A stretch of DNA of 64,000 nucleotides from the human T2T-CHM13v2.0 reference genome, Homo sapiens, in the NCBI RefSeq assembly GCF_009914755.1, contig NC_060940.1. One strand, given 5' to 3'. The notes under the pieces were generated by a model. The model was given only the letters and a program-made list of their open reading frames with translations. It did no database searches and was not told the DNA's origin. The position numbers and the translations under genes were made by a program. Below, in pieces: positions 54,771-64,000 of the stretch; the first letter of the stretch is position 1; every line of letters begins with the position of its first letter.

Positions 54771-55753
54771 CCATTCTTTAAGTATTTTTTATCTTTTTTG
54801 ACACATTACACACTAAACTTTAATAGGATTCATGTCTTGTTTCCAATTTCTGAAACTTATGAGTCACCAATCCTTTCAATATTGCCTTCCTGTTTATATA
54901 ATCTAGTAAAACAATTAAATCATTTTTGTTTCTTCTCATCTAATCTTCATATAAATATTTGTATTTTGTATTAATTTGCACTCTATAAAGTATATGACTA
55001 CGTTAATTGTGCTCAACATTTCAGTGTAGTAGACTGCTCATCAGCTCAGTCTATTTTAATGTGTAATTTGTATGCTGTACATTAAATTGTTTTACTATAT
55101 TTTCAATAGTTTACTTTTCATTTGCCTCTTTTCCAAATATGACTGGACAAGCTCATAGTTTTTTCCCACAGTATTTTGGTTTCATGTTTTTTTATTATGT
55201 TGGCAAACATTTAAATATAAACCTTATATCTGAGTTTTATGTGCTGTATAATTTATCTAAGGCTTCACACTAGTAGTGTATCTCCTTTTGTGCAATGTAA
55301 TTCATAATTTAGTTCTCACATATGGAACACAGCATACTTGGGATGCCTGAAGGCAGTTTACCTGGATTTATTCCATATGCCTCCTCAGAAGCTGAGCAAC
55401 ACACATGGATCTGACATCCTTCTGATCAGATGCATCTGAATGGAGCAATGGCCTCTTAGGTTGTTACTTCTGTGGATCATTACCTTTATTTTCTTCTGGT
55501 CATGAAAAGTTTCCATAATTTTCTTTCAACTATATTAGGCATTTTGTGAATTCTTGTAACTTCTTGGTGATTTTAGTATCTGCATTAAGTTTTTAAAGCA
55601 TGTTGTTTTCCTAAGAAGCAGAAATGTCAACAGTTGCATACATGAGTAAAATATTTTACATAGATTTTCTATGGCATAGATCATCCCCTCATGAGAAATT
55701 CCATGTTTCTTCATTTGAAATACTGCTCTCTTCCATAGACCATATTGTAATAA

Positions 55754-56214
55754 TGTAGCAGGACAACCTGCCGACAAAACCCCTCAGACACCTAGTTAAA
55801 GAAGAAAGGGCTTTATTCAGCTGGGATCATCAGCAAGACTCATGTCTCCAAAAACTGAACTCCCCAAGTGAGCAATTCCCGTCCCTTTTAAGGGCTTACA
55901 ACTCTAAGGGGGTCTGCATGAGAGGGTCATGATCGATTGAGCAAGCAGGGGGTACATGACTGGGGGGCTGCATGCACCAGTAATCAGAACTGAACAGAAC
56001 AGGACAGGGATTTTCACAATGCTTTTCCATACAATGTCTGAAACCTATCGATAACATAACCGATTAGGTCAGGGGTCAATCTTTAACCAGGCCCAGGGTG
56101 CAGCAACGAGCTGTCTGCCTGTGGATTTCATTTCTTCCTTTTAGTTTTTACTTCTTCTTTCTTTGGGGGCAGAAATTGGGCATAAGACAATATGAGGGGT
56201 TGTCTCCTCCCTTA
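55754..56214 (-). mobile_element. LTR2 solo LTR (HERV-E/Harlequin)
   Basis: Minus strand TAAGGGAGGAGACAACCCCTCATATTGTCTTATGCCCAATTTCTGCC...CCTGCTACA. Perfect TSD ataa (55750-55753 / 56215-56218). Confidence 0.92.
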
Positions 56215-56479
56215 ATAATTCACAGAATGTGATTCCTTTTTTACCATTAGAAAATTAATTATGTATTATGCACGAATTTCTGAAATACTGCACTGCAGTA
56301 AATAGTATATGGTTACAATTATTGTTTCATTTAACATAAAACTAATATGAGCAAAATTATTTACCTGAATTAAGATCTTTTGGCTTCGATTACCATTCTA
56401 CCTCATTAGCACTTCCCTACCTCCATAAAAGGCATCATTTGAATTTTTTGTTTAATTTAGAATTGTTCAAAAGAGGATT

Positions 56480-58318
56480 TTTTAATGTTATAATGTTTTT
56501 ATTGCAATTGAGGACATTTTCAATAAATATCCTAAACTTAAGGCCTTGGCTAAGTATTTCTTTTGTACTAGAAATCAGATTTCTCTGGCACAACTCCACT
56601 GCCTGCAATAATATTTATGAAAACTACAAATGCCAGCACACTATTTCAACACTGTACTCAGTTGTTCATATCTAAATATCTCATTAGCTATGAAACAAGC
56701 CAAATATAAATGCTGAATATATAGCACAAATAAACAGATTCTTCACAGAAGACAACAATAACAGACTAATTTTCTACAATATGTCACCTGTTCATTAGTT
56801 CTTCAATAATATTATTTAGGCTGTTTCAAGTACAAGAAGTTCTTTTATCTAGGTTCTAAAGGGCATAAACGAAGATGCATATAGTCAGATTTATTTTTAT
56901 AAACTACTTTTTTTTTGCTGTACGCCTTACCGTGACTATAAGGAGACAAAGACAAATGTACATTTAAGTTATTAGTTGTTATATGTGTTTTGCATATATG
57001 ACTTTTTGCTTATATTGAAGTTGTAAATGACAAGATAAAATAATGAAGTTTGATAAACTTATCTGTGCCCTGTAAATTTTAGTCCACTTACTGTATAACT
57101 TGATTCAGTCATTATTTATTAGTTTAACAGCTGGTTTTAAAAAGCTGCAAACTAAACTTTATTACACATTTCAAAATCAGGAAGAGGTAAACTGTGACAG
57201 AGTTCCCTTGTGCCACAGACTTTTTTGGGGAGAAATGTTCCACAAAAAATAAAATAAAATAAGTGTTTCCAAATTGTATTTTTTAAAAAGCTTGAGATTT
57301 TTTCTATCATTAAACTTCACTCTACAGTCCCTTTTACTCAAGGCATGGTTCCTGGGTCATCTTTTCAAGGTTTAGTTTCTGGGAACTTTTCAGCAAACCT
57401 TTCTCATGCTTTGTCCCAGTTTTTTGTTGTTGTTGTTGTTTGTTTGTTTTGTTTCGGAGAAGGTGAACATCTTCAATTGAGGATGGATTTCCTGTCTCCG
57501 AGCCTATGTGTGTTGGTGAACTTGACACTAAATTGGAGTTTTCATTCTCCCATCATCTTCCTCAGTCCATCTCCTTTTTTCCAACCCATCTTCTTCAACG
57601 TCTTCTGACCTTTGTTGCTGTCAGTAATTTCAGAATGAATAGATGCAGAAGCATCATCTTTTTGGAAAGTTCCTTCACTTCCAATCTTCTCACTACATTT
57701 TCCAGCTCTATTTTTATATTTTGGAAGCTTTAGTGTCTATTCATCTTCATAGTCTGTATTCTGTAAACCATATTTTACTCACATTTTAAAAATTATTTTC
57801 TTATTTCCAAATCTTTTTCTTCTTAGTGTTGGACCAACAAACATTCACCTTTCTTATCAAGGTGAAAGTGAGCTCTGACCTGCTGTGGGTCACAGCCATC
57901 ACAGGTATCACTGCCAGGGTGAATGCGAAAGGATAACACAGTCTCTCCAATTTTCATTTCATGTCTATGTATGCTCAAGTATGTAAGGGTCACATTTAGC
58001 TTTCACTTGAACAATCCGTTTTTCACTAACAATTGTTCCATTTTGACCGTCCTGATCTACAAGGACATAAGTTTGCTAGTCATGGTCAAATTTCTGCCTG
58101 AAACTTACAGACACCAACTTCAGGGATTCAAAGAAAGAGTATGCTCTAGATCATTTTCTCTTCCAATTGTAGCCGGTTTTACAGCAGTAATAATAAACAG
58201 TGACCCCGTATACAACACAGGTGATCTAATGGCAATTACCCTAATACATGGGGGCCAATGTTTTGTCTTATTTTCCTCCTCAGTGTCTTCTGCATTACAT
58301 TGTCTTCACTGGTAATGT
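56480..58318 (-). pseudogene. AGGF1P: 5'-truncated processed AGGF1 pseudogene (FHA, G-patch, 3'UTR)
   Basis: Intronless peptides WPPCIRVIAIRSPVL, KIGETVLSFRIHPGSDTCDGC, GSEGTFQKDDASASIHSEITDSNKGQKTLKKMGWKKG and PSSIEDVHLL. Stop at 57317-57319. AATAAA near 56496. Many disablements. Confidence 0.93.
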
Positions 58319-58699
58319 GAGTAGGGGCTGTGCTGGGGCCCTAAAGGACGTCTGCGGAGCCAGAGGCCACGGGAATGCCAGCGACAAAAGCCAGCCTGGC
58401 CATGGCTGGCTGCTGTGGCCCTCACAAGGATGCCCTGACACGCGTTACCTGGAGCCATACAGGGTTGTGAGCAATGAGCAAGGGGAATGCTGATGGCCCT
58501 GCCCGAGCTGCAGGGCCTGGAAACCAGAAAACTCCTGGGAACTATGACATCTTCCCCAGCTGGAGGAACAGCAGGAGGAGTGTTGCAGAAGTCAAGGGGC
58601 CAGAAGCTCTTGGGCCGTTCCTGGGTTGAGCCAGAAATGGCGGCCAAGAGAGTTTTCAATAAAGTTTACATGTGGCTAGATATGACCTGCTGATTACTC

Positions 58700-60620
58700 T
58701 TAATTTTTTTCACATTTATTGAGCTATGATTTACACATTGAAAAGTGTATATATTTAGGGTATATATAATAGAGTGCTTTGAGGTGTGTATACATCTTTA
58801 AATTATCTCAGTGAAGCTGGTTAATCTATCCCCTCACATACTTTATACATTTCTTTGTGTGTGATGAAAGCACTTTAGATCTAATTTTGTAACAAATTTC
58901 AACTACACGTTGTTATTAAATATAGTCACCATTCTGCACATTAGGTCCCCAGCAGTTTTTCATTATATAACTGAAGGTATGCTGCTTTCAATGGTATCTC
59001 CCCACTTTTCCCCACTTTCTAGCCTGTGGTAACTACCATTCTATTGTTTCTTTTTTTTTTTTTTTTTTAGATTCCACATGCGAGATCATGCAGTATTTGT
59101 CTTTCTGTATTTGGCATATTTCACTTAGCATAATGTCTTCAAGATTCATCAATATTGTCATAAGTGAAAGAATTTCATTATTAAAGCTGAAATTATCTCT
59201 CTCTCACAGTTTATCCATTTGTTTGTATCAGAGGAGTGCAGATACCCTTGGCGATACTGATTTTATGTCCTTTGGCTATATATTCTGAATTGGGATTAAG
59301 GGTAGATCAAGTTTAAAAATGTTAAGGAATCTCCATACTGTTTTTTTATAATGGCTGCACCAATGGACATGCTCAGCAACTGTCTACAAGTATCCTATTT
59401 TCTTTGCACCCTAACACATTTTATCTTGTAACTTTTTGATAATAGCTATCCTAAAACCATGATAAGGTTATATCTTACTATGATTTTCATTGTAATTACT
59501 CTTATAATTAGTAATGTTGAGAATCTTTTTATATACCTGCTGGCCATTTGTATGTCTTTGGAAAAAATGGCTATTTAGATATTTTCCCCAATTAATCAGG
59601 GAATTGGCTTGTGTTTCGTTCTCCTGTGAAGGTTTTTTTTTCTTCATATTGAGTAGTATTAAATATATTTTGGATAGCAACATATTATCCTACATATGGT
59701 TTACAAATATTTTCTCCCATCCCATATATTGCCTTTATATTTTGTTGATTGTTTCCTTTATTGTGCAGAAACTTTTTCCTTTGATATAGTTCCACATTTT
59801 AATTTTTGCTTTTGTTGCTTGTCTTCTTTGTGTTGAATCCAAAACATCATTGCCACGACTAGTGTTAAGGAGCACTTTTCCTATTTTTTTATAGAGGATT
59901 CATGATTTCAGTTCTTATGTTTAAGTCTTTATTTTAAACTCATTTTTGTGGTGGTATAAGAGAAAGGTTCACTTTTTGTGTATGCATATCTAGTTTTTCC
60001 CACACCATTTCTTGATGTGTCTATCTTTTCCTAATTATGTGAGATCACTCGACTGAATATGTATGACTTTATTTCTGGGTCCTCTATTCTGTTCCATTGG
60101 TTTTTATGTAGATACCATAGTACTTTGATGACTATAGCTCTGTAACATAGTTTGAAATCAGGAAGTTTGAGGCTTTCAGCCTTTTTGTTCCTATCAGTGT
60201 TTGGCTATTTAGGGTATTGTGTGGCTCCATATAAATTTTACAATTGTTTGTTCTACATTTATTTTAATGGCATTAAAATTTTGATAGGAAGTTATTTAAC
60301 TCTGCAGAAGAGTTTGTGTAGTACAGGTATTTTAACAATATTAATTTTTCGAATCCATGAACACAGTATATATTTCTCATTTTGTATTCTTCAATTTGTT
60401 TCATCAACATTTTAGTTTTCAGTATGCAGATCTTTAATATTCTTTGTTAAACTCATTCTATGTAATAAATTACATATTTCTTTCTATTTGATGTTGTAAA
60501 TGGAATTATTTTTATTCCTTTTTTCAGATATTTTGTTGTTACTGTATCAAAATACAACTGATTTTCATGTTAATATTGTATCCTGCAACTCTACTGAATT
60601 AGTTTGTTATCTATAACAGG
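58700..60620 (-). mobile_element. Old L1 (L1MA/MB) 3' portion
   Basis: Antisense 3'UTR ('agattccacatgcgagatcatgcagtatttgtctttctgt') followed by degenerate ORF2. Ends at (GTT)n 60625-60653. Confidence 0.8.
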
Positions 60621-60623
60621 GTT

Positions 60624-60654
<31 letters not shown>

Positions 60655-60819
60655 CGGTAAAATGGTGGGCATTCTTAACCCTGGATACATTTTAAATTGA
60701 TAGTTGCTATTATCATTTCATAATTCTTTAAATCTGACCAGATGGGTTTCTGCCGTCATGAATTCAGTGGAATTCAAATGTTCCACTAAAAATAATTGTG
60801 TGGGTTTTGCCTGCCCTCT

Positions 60820-61810
60820 GGGATGGGCGGCGCCCCGAGGGAGCCAGGAGATTCAGGACGGGGAGGGAGAAGCGCTCAAGGAAGAGGCTAAGCAGGGGAG
60901 GCAGAGAGGGGGTCAGGAACAGCAGCAAGGAGAGGGGTCGTGTCAGACCCAGTGGGGACAGAGAACGCGCCAGAAAAGAGATGAAGGGTGGGAGTGAGCA
61001 ACAGGACTGCTTCCCCGCCAGGGCAGTGGGCAGGGAAATTTGCTAAAACTGCAAGCCCCAGTGAACAGTGCGGGCAGGGTGGGAGGGAGTGGAGAGGACC
61101 AGGAGGATCCTAAGGTCAATTGGGAGAAAGGGACATTTCCCGGTTCCTTCACCTCTGCCCAGAGTTTTGCGGGCATGGCAGGCACCCCCAGGGGCAGAGC
61201 AGGGGAGAATGCGGCTCCCGGCGGGCTCGGAGAGCTGAGAGGCGCACACCCGTTTCACAGGGCCGGGGTGGTGGCATAAGCAAGCGATGGCTGCGGATCC
61301 CGCTGACCCCGCGGGTGGGAGCGGAGGGCGTGGGCGGGGCCGAGCTCAGGGGGCCCAGCGCAATGGTCTCCAAGTAGCCCTGGAGGTAGCCACCCGCTCA
61401 TGCAGTGGCCTTCCGGGAGAACAGTATGGAAGGCACGGTGGACACGCCCTTCCCAGCTGGAACATTCGTGAGCCTGGAATTTAAGCTGGGGCAGAAAAGC
61501 GGCAGGAAGAAGGATTGGAAGAAACCCGAGCGCAAAGTCCAGCCCAAGGGGAGGAAGCGGAAATGCCTGGCCTGAGTCAAACTGGGTTCTGAGGAGAAGG
61601 TTCCGGCACTGATAGTAAGTATCCTATAGAGACGGCGGCTTGGCGGGAGCCTAAGGAGCACCAGGGACCCAGTACAGCTGGGGGGAGTGGGAGGTGAGGA
61701 CCCCACAGCTACTGCTTCCCTGTACAGTTCGTCTTCTCCAAGGCCCGGCCCCCAGCTGAGCCCAGCACTGCATGGCGCCTCCTGGACCACTGTCGCGGGT
61801 GACCAGTGGA
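60820..61810. promoter_or_regulatory. CpG-island-like GC-rich segment
   Basis: Many retained CpGs (gggcggcgccccg, cccggcgggctcgg, cccgcggg) against AT-rich flanks. Not quantified. Confidence 0.55.
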
Positions 61811-61890
61811 AGACCCCACCTCCCAGGGAGAGAACCCCACTATATCCCCAGCTAATACAGCTGCTTCTCCTACCAAAAATAAATAAAAAT
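61261..61890 (+). pseudogene. RARRES2P: RARRES2 (chemerin) retro-pseudogene
   Basis: KRWLRIPLTPRVGAEGVGGAEL / GLQVALE / VDTPFPAGTFVSLEFKL / KKDWKKPERKVQPKGRKRKCLA*VKLGSEEKV / GEDPHSYCFPVQFVFSKA match chemerin with no coding introns. ATG is changed to AAG at 61282. Stop equivalent at 61757. AATAAA/A-rich end near 61880. Confidence 0.94.
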
Positions 61891-62359
61891 GAATTAAATT
61901 TTTGTTCGGTCTTTGAAAATGGTGTGTATCCTCTATATACTGGTCAACATGCTGCCCATTTATCTACATGCCTAATTAGTCAAACTTTTGAAAGAAGTTA
62001 TTTAACGTTATGATCCTTTATTATGACACAAAATAGTAAACTTTGTAATGGTTTTAATATCATCTAATATGATTAAAATATGTCAATTTGTCATTGCCAA
62101 TGAATCTTTGTGTTACTTATTTTACACTGTTAAATATTCTGTCTACAAATGTCTAATGGCTTACAATCTTGCCTAACATATTGTATCTGCTAAGTACTAA
62201 CTACTCTAATTCAACAAATTTTCTTTTTACACCATTCTTAAAATACAATATCATTTTGTATTTATTTTTATTAAAATTATTTTTCTGCATAATCTAAATA
62301 TTTATGAAAATTATGTGGTCTATGCAGTCTGCCCTCTTGATGAAAGTCAGGGTCTTTTT

Positions 62360-63085
62360 CTCTTTATTAGTATGTTAGTACAAATGCAGTTTCATTACAG
62401 GAACATGTTGTACAGTGATGAAGTATGGGCTTTTGTGTAACAATCATCTGAATGGTACTCATTGTCCCAATTAGGTATTTTCTCATTCCTAAACCCTCTA
62501 CCAACCTCCCATCTTTCTGAGTCTCCAGTGTGTATTCTTCCAGTCTCTATATCCAAGTGTATGTATTATTGAGCTACCACTTATAAGTGGGAAACTTCAG
62601 TATTTGATTTTCTGTTTCTGAGTTATTTCACTTACAATAATGGCCTCCAGTTCCATTCATGTGGCTGCAAAAGATGATTTTATTCTTTCTGACTGAGTAG
62701 TATTCCATGGTATAAATGTATAGTCAGTCATTGATAAATTTCAATTGATTGATAAATTTAAATTGAAGATATGCTATCTTTGCTACTGTCAATAGTGCTT
62801 CAATAAACATATGAGTGTGGGTATCTTCTTTACATAATGAATTATTTTCCTTTAAGTAGATACCCAATAGTGGGAGTGCTGGATCAAATGGAAATTCTAT
62901 TTAGTTTTCTGAAAAATCTCTGTATGCTTGCCAATATCTATCCTTTTTCTGCTTTGTAATAATTAGCCATTATGAAAGTGTAAAATGTGATTGTAAAAAA
63001 TTGTACAAAATTTCATTGTGATTTTTAATTAGCATTTCTCTGATCATTGGCAATGTTGAACATTTTTTACATGCTTGTTGACCGT
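62360..63085 (-). mobile_element. L1PA/PB 3' fragment
   Basis: Antisense 3'UTR 'gagctaccacttataagtgggaa...tggcctccagttccattcatgtggctgcaaaaga'. Confidence 0.8.
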
Positions 63086-63098
63086 CATTGGTCAACAA

Positions 63099-63311
63099 GC
63101 CTTCCAGGTTCACGCCATTCTCCTGCCTCAGCCTCCCGAGTAGATGGGACTACAGGCGCCAGCCACCACCCCCGGCTAATTTTTGGTATTTTTAGTAGAG
63201 ACGGGGTTTCACTCTGTTAGCCAGGATGGTCTCAATCTCCTGACCTCGTGATCCGCCCGCCTTGGCCTCCTGAAGTGCTGGGATTACAGGCGTGAACCAC
63301 CACGCCTGGCC
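63099..63311 (-). mobile_element. AluY lacking its 3' end and tail
   Basis: AluY diagnostics 'gttcacgccattctcc', 'gttagccaggatggtctc' and 'cctgacctcgtgatccgcccgcc'. Confidence 0.9.
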
Positions 63312-63626
63312 TCATGTAATCTTACTTTAGGAGAAACTGCTTCTAATTTTAGGCATTTGTTCATAGCAGGTGCTACATGAACCAATGCCAAATTAGCATT
63401 GTTTTTAGGGTAATAAATCTACATATCTACAGTGAGAACTACTCACTGTACAGGATTTTGTCTTCTGACCAATGACATGATTCTGTCTTTCGTAGGCTAC
63501 TCGAAAACTTCTATAATGATGGTAGAGTTCAGTGAAGTGGAGCCTCAGGCCTGCCATCCCCATGCTTCTGGCAAGCAGCAGCATCTCCCCTGAGCATGGT
63601 GGCATAGGGCATGCCATTAAAAACAC

Positions 63627-63945
63627 CTTGCTGCTGTTCATCTCCACATACTAAGTTGCTGTACACTTTGCAGTGGAATTCCATCTTGCTGCGTCTGGTT
63701 GGCCAGAAGCCCTACAGGTAGAATGGGATGGTCAGGAGAGCACATTGAGAGAATAAATGGGAGCTTAGAGGTTGCCCACCTTGCTGCCCCTGCCCATGGG
63801 TCACAGCCCTCACCTGGCTGTCCAGCTTGTATGTCTACTGAAGGCTGCTGAACTTGTTCTCCATCACAGAGGTGGTGTGACAGCAGTCTGAGGGCACCAC
63901 ACTCCATGACCGGGCTCTACTGCTGGTGCCACAGCTCCAGGTGAG
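63627..63945 (-). pseudogene. Two exon-like remnants of an unidentified spliced gene
   Basis: ccttcccacAG | 132-nt exon 63945-63814 | GTgagg ... 102-nt intron ... ctacctgtAG | second exon from 63711. Spliced frame: LTWSCGTSSRARSWSVVPSDCCHTTSVMENKFSSLQ*TYKLDSQ-GFWPTRRSKMEFHCKVYSN. Confidence 0.5.
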
Positions 63946-64000
63946 CTGTGGGAAGGCAGGTGAGCCAAAGACAGGTCCCGCCTTCCACATCCAGGCCACA

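Noticed and set aside
55300-55750. Possible gene remnant beside LTR2
   Set aside because: No recognisable peptide in any frame and no clear splice structure.
63400-64000. CLUH, FRG2 or KIF18B pseudogene, expected from duplicon context
   Set aside because: The translations do not match my recollection of those proteins, so the segment is left unidentified.

Overview
Primate (human or great-ape-like) pericentromeric/subtelomeric segmental-duplication DNA. I find no intact protein-coding gene. In order: (1) 1-8.6 kb, an old degenerate tandem duplication (~1.6 kb unit with a triplicated ~520-bp GC-rich module) carrying two solo ERV1 LTRs. (2) 8.6-21.2 kb, a complex beta-satellite block (68-76 bp monomers, ~380-bp units, ~1.4-2.1 kb super-units) with an internal strand switch near 18.84 kb. 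(3) 23-39.8 kb, nested LINE/SINE/LTR insertions, including a full-length L1PA4-like element whose 20-bp target-site duplication (TSD) also encloses ~590 bp of extra 5' sequence, and an orphan CCDC180-like exon. (4) 39870-49328, a near-complete but dead HERV-T (HERVS71/LTR6B) provirus with a tRNA-Thr primer-binding site (PBS) and a deleted env. (5) 51-64 kb, pseudogenes of C2orf69, AGGF1 and RARRES2 plus unidentified exon remnants. This set is typical of the FRG2-associated duplicon family; a 16p11-type copy is inferred, not shown. I see no convincing wholly new biological system. The best leads are the retrotransposition and rearrangement oddities listed in findings. All family and gene names come from recognition by eye, not from a database search.
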